Origin: Octopus sinensis
Lineage: Eukaryota
Reading direction: 5' to 3'
DNA length: 64,000 nt
Assembly (NCBI RefSeq): GCF_006345805.1
Contig: NC_043022.1
Coordinates: 11,904,001-11,968,000, forward strand
Within the stretch, counting starts at the first letter, position 1, and every line of letters starts with the position of its first letter. Shown in pieces: positions 1 through 12,800 of this stretch. The translations under genes and the position numbers were made by a program. A model generated the notes under the pieces. It worked only from the letters and a program-made list of their open reading frames with translations. It searched no databases and was not told the origin of the DNA.

Positions 1-1305
1 AGGGTGAACAAGGCAGACTGACAGAGAGGTGTAATGCTTTATATATACATATATATATGTGCGTGTGTGTGTATAAAGGGCAAAGCAGTTAAGAAAGCTG
101 GCGATGAGGGAGGAAGACAAGATGTGGTTAGTGATGGGGCAGACTAGGAAAGCACCTTTCCTCTATCTTTCTTATACACAGACAAACACTACTCTATATC
201 CATCTCTCTCTCAATGTCTTTTTTCTCTCTCTTTCTCTCATACACAAATACGTTCACTATATATGTATATGTCCCTGTCTATCTATCTATCTCTCTCTCT
301 CTCTCTCCTCAACTAACAAACACACACATACAATAAACATAACACTAACTTTTCCTTTCGACCATAAAAGGAAGAACATGTACGCTTTGCGTCATTTCCG
401 GTGAATGGTCGAAAGCTGTCCACTAGGCTATTTTCATCCGTTATCCGTTTCCATCCAAACGGATGAATAGCTTATTCATATTGACAGTCGTCACGTACGC
501 CTAACAGTAAGCCCAAACCGGCAAGGATGTGAGTTTGTAACCCAGTCCTGATAACCCAATGAAACGTGTTTTAACTTCTACGTATGTAAGCTAGTAATAG
601 AGAGCGGGTCAGTGTCTCCATCGCAGACCTCCTATAACTGGCACTGGTAATTTTGGAAGTCCAAACCAATTTCAGTTTTCGCTTGAGTGTGTGTGTGTGG
701 TTAAGAAGTACGCTTTGCAACAACCACGTGGATCTGGATTCAGTCCCACTACGTGGCACCTTAGACATAGCAGTTTGCAAAGGAGACTGATACAATAAGT
801 ACTAGATCAGCTAAAAAAAATACATAAGTACAGATGACAATTCGTTCAAATATAGCTCTATATAGGCAGTACCCTTGCATGGCCTCAGTCCAATGATAGA
901 AACAAGTCAAAAATAAAAGGGGTCTGTGTGTGTGTGTACACATATACAAAGAAAGAAAGGAAGGTAGAAGGAAAGAAGTGGGAGAAAAAGTCCTCAAACT
1001 CACTAGTTGTTGGGTCACATCATTGAGAATCTCTCCTGGCAAAAGCTCATCCTTAGCATGACTAGGACCAAATCTCGATGACTGGTCCTTTTATGTCAGG
1101 GTCAGAAAATACTTCGCCCACACACACACACATACCTCAACCCCCAACAATTATTGCTATTCTACAAAGCTCAAGTGAGGCCCATAATGGAGCATCACTC
1201 TCACATCTGAAACAGTGCAGCTGTGTCTGATGCTGCACAAACAGACATCCTAGACACATCGAGAAAAGAGTCACCTAACTATCATCATCATTTATGGACA
1301 TTTAA

Positions 1306-1533
1306 CCCCTTAGTGTTTAAACCGGCCATACCAGGCCAAAATTGTCTTCCTGTTTTATTCTCAAACCAGCCAGCCAGCCAGCTCTGACCTCTCACACCTA
1401 CCCTACAAAGTCATTCTAAAAATAAACAGGAACATCATCAATATCCCAGAGTTACAAGATGCTGTACAATTAATTTAAAACAATGTGATTAAACAGGCTT
1501 TACATTTGACAGAGTAATCTGAATGCTAAAGGG
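1306..1533. mobile_element. piggyBac-like TTAA MITE (family also at about 5907-6349, 23730-23957, 27323-27942 with nested CR1, 43215-43330)
   Basis: TTAA|ccc(c/t)ttag ... ctaaaggg|TTAA termini. Confidence 0.75.
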
Positions 1534-1632
1534 TTAATGTTCATCTTCCACGCTGGCATTTGTTGGGTGGTTTGACAGGAACTGGTTAGGCAGAGGATTG
1601 CACCAAGTTCTACTGTCTGTTTTTTTATGGCC

Positions 1633-2052
1633 GGATGCCCTTTCTAATGCTAACCACTTTACAGAGTGAACTGGGTACTTTTTACATGGTACCAGCACCA
1701 GTGAGGTCTGTTTGGCATAATTGTTATAACTGGATGCCCTTCCTAACACCCACCACTTTACAGAGTGAACTGGGTACTTTTTGTATGGTACCAGCACCAG
1801 TGAGGTCTGTTTGGCATAATTGTTATAACTGGATGCCCTTCCTAACACCCACCACTTTACAGAGTGAACTGGGTACTTTTTATATGGTACCAGCACCAGT
1901 CAGGTCTATTTGGTATAATTGGATGCTCTTCCTAACACCCACCACTTTACAGAGTGAACTGGGTACTTTTTATATGGTACCAGCACCAGTCAGGTCTGTT
2001 CGGCATAATTGTTATAACTGGATGCCCTTCCTAACACCCACCACTTTACAGG
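1633..2052. repeat. About 99-bp tandem repeat x4 derived from a SINE-C-like segment
   Basis: ggatgcc at 1633, 1732, 1831, 1921 (variant ggatgct), 2020. Confidence 0.88.
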
Positions 2053-2397
2053 GTGGACTCACTCACAGACATGCTCCAGCTTCTTCTCCACAGGCATGCT
2101 ATGTCCCATCTCTGTCTTTTCTACTACTACTACAGTGGCCTCTTCTCAGATCTGGTTAGCCTCATGCCACCCACCCTCACTCAGGCACTCCTATCTTACT
2201 TGCCTCTCCTCCACTCAACTCTTTTGTTGAGTTCAGTTTCCCCACCACACTCCCTCAAGCATAGCATCTCCTTCACCTTCAGCCACAGTTCTTTGTCATC
2301 TTCTTTCTCAGATTCAGCCTTTGAAATCAGTCTTCACCATTCCATCCTATGTCATGTTTGGTTTCCTTCTTTCACAAGTTCCATACACTTTGAAGTG

Positions 2398-2953
2398 GAT
2401 CTTCCGACTTCGGAAGATCCTCAACATCAGCTGGGAAGACAGAAGAACTAACGTCAGCGTGCTACAAGAAGCAAAAATGACCAGCATCGAAGCCTATGTC
2501 ATCAAAGGCCAACTAAGATGGAGTGGCCACGTAGTTAGAATGACTGACGAACGACTTCCCAAACAGATCTTCTACTCCCAACTCAAAGACGGCAAGCGTA
2601 CAAAAGGAGGCCAGAAGAAACGCTACAAGGACTCCCTGAAATTGAATCTCGAAAAGTGTGACATCGACTTCACCAACTGGGAGGAAACGACAAAAAACAG
2701 ACCACTCTGGAAAACCACCATCCATGAGGGAACGGCGACTTTCGAGTCGAAAAGGTCTGCAGAGCTGGAGGAGAAAAGACGACGACGGAAGGAGCGCCAA
2801 CAACAACCACGTGCGACTCTCCCTTCCGGCACTAGATGTCGGCACTGTGACAGATCTTTTCGAGCAAGAATTGGTCTTATCAGTCACCTGCGGACTCACC
2901 AATAAATTTGCGCAAAGACCATCATCCTCGACCTTGAGGGATTGCCATAGTAG
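2398..2953 (+). mobile_element. 5'-truncated RTE-clade LINE (RT C-terminus + C2H2 finger)
   Basis: ORF with LRWSGHVVRM, RLPKQIFYSQL and CRHCDRSF..RIGLISHLRTH. (TAG)n tail. 14-bp TSD tacactttgaagtg at 2384-2397 and 2954-2967. Confidence 0.92.
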
Positions 2954-4547
2954 TACACTTTGAAGTGCATCACATGACTTTCCCAACGCTGTCTTCTATC
3001 TTGCAGATTTCATCTATTTTCGCCCATATTTATGCATGCATGGGTTGGGTGAATCACCTCTAGCATAGCTTCTCACCAGAAATCACAGTCCATTGCTGTC
3101 TCCTTTCTGAGGTTCAGCCCTTAAGGTCAACATTCACCATGTCTTCACTGCCTCCCTTGATACCCTGAACTCATGCTTATTTTGCTTAATGGTTTCATCC
3201 GGCACTTTTTCTTTCTTTCTTTTCTTTTACTTGTTTCAGTCATTTGACTGCGGCCATGCTGGAGCACCACCTTAAGCCGAGCAAATCGAACCCGGGTCTT
3301 ATTCTTTGTAAGGCCAGTACTTATTCTATCGGTCTCTTTTGCCGAACCGCTAAGTGATGGGGACATAAACACACCAGCATCGGTTGTTAGGCAATGCTGG
3401 GGGGACAAACATGGACACACAAACATACACGCACACACATATGTATATATACATATATACGACAGGCTTCTTTCAATTTCCATCTACCAAATCCACTCAC
3501 AAGGCTTTGGTCGGCCCGAGGCTATAGTAGAAGACACTTGCCCAAGGTGCCACGCAGTGGGACTGAACCCGGAACCATGTGGTTGGTAGACAAGCTACTT
3601 ACCACACAGCCACTCCTGCGCCTATATATATATATATATATAGGGCGCTGGCAACAGCCACGTTCGGACGGTTCTCTTACGTGCCACCGACACTGGTATC
3701 TCAGCTACTATTTCCATTGATGTTGAAAGATTTAGATTTCGGAAAGCAATGTGAACAAATAAGCCTTACATTTGACATAGTAATCTGAATGCTTAGGGGT
3801 TAAACATCATACTTTGTACACAAGCATCATGGAACCTACCCTTCCCAAGGAGGCAGAAACTTTTGATGCTAGCAGAAAGAATAGATCCCTAAACTTCTTT
3901 TTTTTACTTTGTTCCTCTTACTCTGGCAAATATGCTCTCAGAAGACGAATTCTTTGTTTTTTTTAATTTTGTTTTTATCTTTTACTGCTTTCAGTCATTA
4001 GACTGTGGCCATGCTGGAGCAACACATTGAAGAATTTTAGTTGACAGAATTGACCCTAGTACTTAAAATTTTTTTTTTTTCTGTAAAGCCTAGTACTTAT
4101 TCTATCAGTTTCTTTTGCTGAACCGCTAAGTTATGGGAACATAAACAGACCAATATAGGTTGTCAAGCGTTGAATGCAATGCTGATCGGCCACGAGGCTA
4201 TTTATTTACAGCTGAGTTGACTGAAGCAACATGAAATGAAGGGTCTTGCTCAAGAACACACTGCACTGCATAGTTCAGGAATCGAAACCACAATCTTACA
4301 ATCATGAAAGTAACGCACTAACCTCGAGGCCACAGGCTTCCTCACTTGAGAGCACTCACCTTCACAGTTAATTAGGTCACCTAGGTAACGAAAGCCATCA
4401 TCTACTTCTAGGGAGTTTTCTGAGAATTTCAGGGAATTCATCTCAAGTGTAACCTTTCTGCTAACTACTGCTATGCATCTGTCACTTAAGAAGTTTGCCC
4501 CTTCCCTCCCAACCTGCCTCTGATCCCATTACAGCCCCTTCTGCACA

Positions 4548-4591
<44 letters not shown>

Positions 4592-4818
4592 CATACAATA
4601 TATTCTTTCTCTTTTACTTGTTTTACTTGTTTCAGTCATTCGACTGCGGCCATGCTGGAGCACCGCCTTTAGTCGAGCAAATCGACCCCGGGACTTATTC
4701 TTTGTAAGCCCAGTACTTATTCTATCGGTCTCTTTTGCCGAACTGCTAAGTGACGGGGACGTAAACACACCAGCATCGGTTGTCAAGCAATGCTAGGGAG
4801 ACAAACATAGACACAGAC

Positions 4819-4849
<31 letters not shown>

Positions 4850-5525
4850 ACACATATACACGACAGGCTTCTTTCAGTTTCCGTCAACCAAATCCACTCA
4901 CAAGGCTTTGGTTGGCCCAAGGCTATAGCAGAAGACACTTGCCCAAGATGCCGTGCAGTGGGACTGAACCCGGAATCATGTGGTTGGTTAGCAAGCTACT
5001 TACCACACGGCTACTCCTGCGCCTTTAGTTTATTTCTTTTATTTGTTTCAGTCATATGACTGCAGCCATGCTGGAGCACCGCCTTTAGTTGAGCAAATCG
5101 ACCCCAGGACTTATTCTTCGTAAGCCTAGTACTTATTCTATCAGTCTCTTTTGCCAAACTGCTAAGTTACAGGGACGTGAACGCACCAACATTGGATTCA
5201 GCAATGGTGGTGGGGACAAACGCACACGCACACATATATATACGACAGGCTTCTTTCAGTTTCTGTCTACCAAATCCACTTACAAGGCTTTGGTCAGCCT
5301 GAGGCTATAGTAGAAGACACTTGACCAAGGTGTCATGTGGTTGGTAAACAAGCTACTTACCACACAGCAATTCCTGTGCCTATATATATTCTTTTATTTT
5401 ATTCTTTTACATGTTTCAGTCATTTGACTGTGACCAAAACAAACAATCAAGCTCAATATTGTACTCTGATCTGTTAGATTCTCTCAAACTGTTTGACCCA
5501 GACCAGCATGGAAGATGAACATTAA

Positions 5526-5732
5526 CCCTTTTGTTACCAACCCAGCCAAAACCTCTGGCTCTGTAGTATTAATGTCTTGTTTTCATAAGTATTGAATTAA
5601 ATTCTTAGTCACAATTTATGTTCCCATCTCTAGCTTAATAATGACTAAGTTATTTTACTAAATTCTTTGTTATATTTTAAATTAATTGATTGAAACACAG
5701 AGCATCTCAAAATAAATATGGTAACGAAAGGG
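5526..5732. mobile_element. Second piggyBac-like TTAA MITE family (also about 12021-12241, 25373-25822, 62329-62548)
   Basis: TTAA|cccttt(t/c)gttacc ... ggtaacgaaaggg|TTAA. Confidence 0.75.
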
Positions 5733-6699
5733 TTAAATGATAATGCTGATAATATTGATGATGATGATGATGAACTCTGAATGTAGAAGCAAACCAGCTT
5801 CTCTTAGCCTTTTTATTAACTTAGTTCTATTAAAAATATACTGCCTTTCTTCCAATCCATATTGAAAAGAATAAAGAATTTGGTAAAATAACTTTGTCAT
5901 TATAGACCCTTTAGCATTCAAACCAGCCATATCCGGCCGAAATATTTAACGGCTATGCCCAATATTTTATATTGAAACTGACCAGATCTTGCCTCTCACC
6001 CCAGCCGTACCATGTCATTCTAAAACTAAAAAATCACATCACTGAAATCTCTAAACTACAAGATAATGCAGGATTAATTCAAACCATTTTAAATAAACAA
6101 ACATCGCATTTGACAGAATAATCTGAACACTAAAGGGTTAAACCAGCCATCTGCAGCCCAAATATTCTATCTGTTTTATGTTGAAAGTGTTAAAATCTGG
6201 TGTCTTATCCCTACCCAACATTGTCATTCTAAAAATGTACAATCACATCCTTGAAAGTTCAGAGTAACAAGATAATGCCTGATTAATTGAAAATGCTGTG
6301 AATTAATAAGAATTAGATTTGACAGAATAATCTGAATGCTAAAAGGTTAAGCTGGTTTTTGGAATATAAATTAACACCGATATTTTGAAGGAAAGTGGTG
6401 ACCTGGCAGAAGTGTCAGCATGCCAGGCAAAATGCTTGGTGGTATTTTGTCCTTCTTCTGAGTTCAAAATTCCACCTTAAGGGTCCATACCATGTTGCAT
6501 GCCTTTTGTTTCTGGCTGTATGTGTGTGTGTATATATATATATATATAGGCACAGGAGTGGCTATGTTGTAAGAAGCTTGCCTCCCAACCACATGGCACC
6601 TTGGGCAAGTGTCTTCTACGGTAGCTTTGGGCTGACCAAAGACTTGTAAGTGGATTTGGTAGACAGAAACTGAAAGAAGCCTGTAGTATATATATATAT

Positions 6700-6893
6700 A
6701 GGGAGAATTCACGAAAAAATCAAAAGACGAAGACAGGTGGTGTAGAAAACAAACAGATGTATTAGTATAACACTCGGGAATTGAAAAAGTCTTTAACATT
6801 TCGAGCCTACGCTCTTCCACAGAAGGAAACAAGGAAAGAAACAAGGAGAGAAAAAAAATGTGTAGTGGCTACTGATCTATCATGGCGAATCCA

Positions 6894-6897
<4 letters not shown>
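6700..6897 (-). mobile_element. Short insert with variant HHR-like motif, within the (TA)n linker of a SINE
   Basis: Flanked by (TA)n. The minus strand has CUGUGGA-A-GAGC-GUAG-GCUC-GAAA-UGUU at 6822-6795. Confidence 0.5.
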
Positions 6898-6945
<48 letters not shown>

Positions 6946-7699
6946 GTATATATTTGTGTCTGCATCTGTCCCCTACCATCGCTTGACAACTGATGTTGAT
7001 GTGTTTACGTCCCCATAACTTAGCAGTACAGCAAAAGAGGTTGATAGAATAAGGACTGGGCTTACAAAGAATAAGTCCCAGGGTTGATCTGTTCAATTAA
7101 AGGCAGTGCTCCAGCATGGCCACAGTCAAAATGACTGAAACAAGTAAAAGAATAATAGAATGGCTGAGTTCCTTTCGAGTTTTGGGCTCCATAGGGGCAA
7201 TGACCAAGACCTTTGGCATTATGTCACGCTTGAGAAGACCTGTCAAGCCAAGTAAAATCGCAGTCATGGCAGATACCGATGTCACACAAATGGCACCCAT
7301 GCCGGTGGCACATAAATGTCCTCTCAGTGTCAATAAAATAGTACCAGTTGATCACTGGGGTCAATGTTATTGACTTACCCCCTCAACTGAAATTGCTGGC
7401 CTTGTGCCAAATTTGAAACCAATACTTTGAAGGAAGGTTTCAATTTAAGTTATTTAAAACAGCAGCTTTGTATCTTAGAAACAAGGTCAAACTCAGATTG
7501 ATATTAAAAAGGTTAAAACAGATTAGCAATGGTTAACCCTGTCAAGCCTAAGTGTGATGATATAACTTGTTGAAAGTGCCCCCCAACGAAGCAAGGTTTA
7601 TTTACAACAGTCTCTACAATGTATCACATGAAGTGGGGTTTATAATCTGAACAGATTTACTGGATATCACATGGATGTGTGCAGTACCAATGCCAAGAG

Positions 7700-7865
7700 C
7701 AGGGCCGGCTCAAGGAACCAGCAACTTGAGCAGTTGCCCAGGGCATCATGTGCTAGGGGGCACCAAGGAGGGCGTCACAAAGACAAGGAAATTCCTATGA
7801 CCATCAGCTTGTACATGCCAAAATCCAGCTTGCTTGGGGTGCCAGCAACCCTAGGGCCAGTCCTA
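7700..7865. mobile_element. hAT-type MITE
   Basis: Imperfect TIR cagggccggctcaagg and 8-bp TSD gccaagag (7692-7699, 7866-7873). Confidence 0.75.
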
Positions 7866-9429
7866 GCCAAGAGCCAATCAACCTTTATCTTTGCATTCAC
7901 CCTGGTCAAAATCTTAAAACTCTGCAACCATCAAAGCTACTAGACTGAAATTTTAAATGAAATCCTCTTTGTTCTTGTAAAGTATACTAGCCATCTCAAT
8001 ATGGCTAACCACTAAGGGGTGGGTGTTACTGTAGCTTTTAGCCCCAGGAGATCATCGTCTCCAGCTGGCTTTAGGCACACTTTCTGTGCCTTCTCAACAG
8101 TACCAAAGCTTGTAACAGATACTTAATAATGTGTAATTAGTAACAAAAAAAAATATCCAAGTTAATTACTCAGAGACATGATGAGCATAAACGAATAAAT
8201 AAAATAAATAAGCTATTAAGCTAATTTTGTATTTTTCTTACCACATAATTATTTCTAATTAGACTTCTTGATGATCACAATTATATTAATGATGTTAACC
8301 CTTTATCTGTCCTGTGTATCATGTTACATACACTACATATTTCCCAAGTATCCATGCATCATATATGATACGCATTACCTGTGACGGTGCCCCATAAAAA
8401 GCACCGGTGGTGGTGCCAGATAAAAAGCACCCATGCTGGTGTCTGGTGTTAGGGATAAAGAAAGGACTGGTGCTGCAGTCACATAAAAAGCACCCGGTAC
8501 ACTCTGTAAAGTGGTTGGCATTAAGAAAGGCATCCAGTCATAGGAACCATATCAAAAAAGACGACTGGAGCCTTGTGCTGCTCTCCAGCTTGCCAGCCGA
8601 GGTCAAACTGTCCAACCCATGCCGGCATGGAAAACAGACGTTAAATGATGAGGATGATTCCCATTTTTTTTAAACCAACAGAATAACTTAGGACTCAAGA
8701 AAGAAAAGCTTTGTTTCTCAAAACGTATGAAACAAGGATTAACTAAAAGTTTAAAAACAGGCATGAATGTTTAGGACAAATTTATGAATGCGATTTTAAC
8801 AGACAAAGGATTAACACCGACATTATTTTAACATGGGACTTTGCTATAGGGTATTTCCTTGTTCCTTACCAATTTTTCGGTGTAACATATAACATAGTTA
8901 ACGATAAATAAACAACCGGTTTGTTTACAGGGGTATTACACACACACACACATAATCATCATCATCATCTAACGTCACATTCTCCCTGCTGGCATGGGTC
9001 GAACGGTTTGATGGCAGTTGGTCAGCTGAAGAACTTCCTGGGCTCAATTTGTCTGTTTTGGCATGATTTCTACGGCTGGATGCCCTTTCTAACACCAGAC
9101 ATTTTGCATAGTGTAACCGGGTGCTTTTAACGTAGAACCGCTACGGGCGCTTACAGTCGAATAATCCAACAATATTTATTTGAAGCTGGCAAAGTCAGAC
9201 TTTGTTGCTTTGTGCAATCCTTCAGACAATAAATAAATAAATCCTAAATAAATTGACATCAAAGGCATTCCAACCGTGACTAATCTATCTTTTTAGAGGT
9301 GCATAGGACGTGTTCTTTACTCGTTGAAAATAGATTTGGCTGCTATATCTAGCAGGTAGATCAACCATTTAGTTAATGGTGATATTGTAAGTTCTAATTT
9401 CGAGAAAGAGCTTTTCTCCGAAGTCAGAA

Positions 9430-9795
9430 CTTACCTCTTTTTCCCATCACACCACAACAAAGTCGGTAGAGTGCCCTGTGATCTACTTGTGTTATTCCGT
9501 TATGTCTCCATGTATCAGGCCGTGTTTAACTCTATTTTTTTCATATTTCGATCGTCTGTTACTTGATTTCATAGTCTATATCTCTCCACTGCGTTGCTGC
9601 TTATTATGCTTTAGAAAATATTTTACGAATTATATTACTAAAATTACCCAGAAGCGATAAAACGTTTTTCTTGGACCGGGATTTTAGATAACAGGAGACT
9701 CTTTTTCGCTGTTCACCGGTCGGTTTAAATCTGTCTTTTCCACCAAGTTTTGAATCTGTTTACAAATCTTCCACGTGTTTGTTTTTTTTAACGAA
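9430..9795. promoter_or_regulatory. Probable CSTF1 promoter/5'UTR region, possibly bidirectional
   Basis: Repeat-free and locally CpG-richer immediately upstream of the ATG; strong minus-strand donor GAG|gtaagt at 9435/9434. Inference only. Confidence 0.4.
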
Positions 9796-9848
9796 ATGGG
9801 TGATATAGAAGCGAAAGTTCGTGAAAATTTATACCGGCTGATTGTCAG
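9796..9848 (+). CDS. CSTF1: CSTF1 coding exon 1 ([18 protein letters not shown])
   Basis: ATG at 9796. [10 protein letters not shown] matches CstF-50 RQQLYKLIIS. Donor AG|gtagat, phase 2. Confidence 0.88.
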
Positions 9849-12800
9849 GTAGATTCAGTAGAACTTTATCTGTTGTTTTTATTGATTTCAAGTATTTATT
9901 TCACATAAACCCATCGTTTAATGTTCAACATTCTTTCCTTAACCCTCTGATATTATTCAAATTTCCCCTCCCCCCGTTGATTTGTTTATGATATATATAT
10001 GTATATATATATGTATATATACATGAAGTTGTGTATTTCAAGATACGTGAAGTATGCAGAATGGACCTGCTCAAAACGTTGGACTTTTGTAACTTATGGT
10101 ACACACACCCCGTACTTTCCTCCATATAAACCAAATTTTCTAGACCAAAATTTACAACCCCAAAAAGGTATTTTGACTTATGCACCAATGCGACTTAGGA
10201 GGACCAAAAATTCCATGTGAAATGCTACACTGTTTGGCAAGATAGTGACGATGTTTGAATGTTTACACGTTTATACACTGGGTACCTCGTCGACTTGCAT
10301 GTCGGAAAATACTGTGTATGCACACACAAACACACACACATATAGAGATATACATAGAAATTGTGTGCCTCAAGGTACTAAAGGTATGTTAAATGGGCCG
10401 TTGAAAACGTACTTCTTGCTCTTCCTCGCGGCAAAATAATTTAGTCTGTTCGACGAACTTGTAAACGTAAATAACCAACAAAGCCTTTATGTCAACAGAT
10501 TACATAAACATATACAATTTATTTAACGATGGGTAGCATTGAAATAGTTAATGGTTTTTTTTCTGCATCTCCTTTGCATGTTTATTTTGACGGTTGTGTT
10601 TCAGCGCTTAATTTATTCAAATATAAAACATGAATGAGTAAAGGGGAATAAGAATTTGGAATAGGAATTGAATGAACATGACATATAAGAACTTTCTCTT
10701 AAAATTAACGATAAAGAATGAAGTGTGTTTGTAACGAAACACTTTACTTTGTTCCATCAGTTGTTTGTGTATGTGTTCAATATATAAATGAAGAATGTGG
10801 TTCCCAATGTGGTTCCAGTGGTTCCCAAAGTGGGCGGTACTGCCTCAGAGAAAGCCTCAGGAGGGCGTTGAAGAAAAGTGGGGATATAAAAAAAACCCAA
10901 AAAACTTCCAAAATAATGGGCTAATTATGTTAACTTTTATTTGTGAAACGATCGCAGAAAGTGGTCTATGTTTGTGGTGGTGAGTTCGGTGGAGTGGGGG
11001 TGGGGAGAGCAACCTGCAATGGTTTGGGAACCACTGATCTAAACAAATAGTTTTGCTGCGTAAGTGCTATAATCGGTCATCCGTTAGGTTCCCAGTTCAC
11101 AGCTAGGGCAGGAACTAGGGATCTGTGTTAGGCTTCTGAGTTTGCAGATATATATATATATTTCCTCTAATATAAGGTGCATTGCTCAGTGGTTAGAGCG
11201 TCGAGCTTACAATCGTGAGGTTGCGAGTTCGAATCCTGGACCGGGCTGCGTGTTGTGTTCTTGAGCAAGACACTTTATCTCACGTTGCTCCAGTTCACTC
11301 AGCTGTAGAAATGAGTTGCGACGTCACAAGTGCCAAGCTGTATCGGCCCCTTTGCCTTTTCCTTGGATAACATCAGTGGTGTGGAGAGGGGAAGCCGGTA
11401 TGCATGGGCGACTGCTGGTCTTCCATGAACAACCTTGCCCGGACTTGTGCCTGGGAGGCCACAGTCAAGTGACTGAAACAAATGAAAGAATCAAAGAATA
11501 TCAACACAATAAATATTCTTTTCTTCTCTAGGCACAAGGCCCGAAATTTGTGGGGAGGGAGCCAGTCGATTAGTTCGATTCCAGTACGCAACTGGTACTT
11601 AATTTATTGACCCTGAAAGAATGAAAGGCAACGTTGACCTCAGTGGAATTTGAACTCAGAATGTAAAAACAGAGGAAATACTGTTAAGCATTTGGCACAG
11701 CTTGCTAACGTTTCTGCCAGCTCGCTGCCTTCAACGCAAGAAATGTTAATGGAATGCTCCTTCCAAAAATGTCTACATAGTATACCTGATATAGTTGTTT
11801 GGGTCAGAAAATTAAATCAAAACATGTATTGTTATAAAGGTCAGCTGTTTTACTCTTGTGAACTTTGCTTATAAAATCTAGAAGTTGAACAATAGATTCT
11901 TGCTTTCAACTTATCTGAGAACACCCTGGCTGAATGATACGAGATATCAGTTTAATAATAACAAAGTTTAATAATAACAAAGTTATTTTACTAAATTCTT
12001 CATTCTTTTCAAAATTAGTTTTAACCCTTTCGTTACCAACCCGGCTGAAACCAGCTCTGTAGTACAAATGTCTTGTTTTCATAAGTTTTTCATTAAAATA
12101 TACCACCAAACCTTAGTCGCAATTTATGTTCCTAACCCTAGCTTAATGATAATTAAATTATTTTACTAAATTCTTTGTTATATTTAAAATAATTGAAAGA
12201 AACACAGAGCATCTCAAAATAAATACAGTAACGAAAAGGTTAAAAAAGGAGCAGTGTATTTTATTAGAAATATGGGTACAAAAAGATCAGGACTTGGACT
12301 TAGATCCATCATGTGCCCCAGGGCTCATTAAGTCTGGAGCTTAATTTAGTTTCCATGGCATATAAATGATAGAAATTACAACTCCCCACCACCACCACTG
12401 GATGGGTCACTAGTCCATCACAAGGTTAACTTCCCAGCTATTGCTGAAACTCATTTACTGTTGATTGTAAGTGGTGGTGATGTTTTCTGTGATGAATCTT
12501 TATTGTCCAGCCTGACTGACATTCTAACCATGGCTGTCCTATCATGTTGTTTCCAAAACTGAGTGATGAGTCATCCAATATATTCATTCATCTTTAACCT
12601 TTTGCCTGCTAAATCATTTTCTCAAGTTTGTCCTAAACGTCCATGCTTGTTTCCAGACTTTTCACTAGCCCCTGTTTTCTAAGTTCTGAGTGATTTCTTA
12701 AGGGGCAAGTTATTCTGGTGGTTGAACAAAATTGGGAATGTGTGTCATATATGATGCATGGATACCAGGGAAATATGTCCTGTGTATCACATACGATACA

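Noticed and set aside
525-552. ggatgtgag (7SK-like start) and ctgataa...gaaacgt (HHR-like)
   Set aside because: No 7SK continuation; CUGAUAA lacks G8 and there is no helix II.
1000-1040. Minus-strand candidate exon GEILNDVTQQL to join the 9447 MGKR start
   Set aside because: Weak acceptor and no recognisable homology; insufficient support.
8395-8510. Repeated taaaaagcacc with variable spacers (CRISPR-like look)
   Set aside because: Motif is the standard internal unit of SINE family C; spacers are irregular and there are no cas genes.
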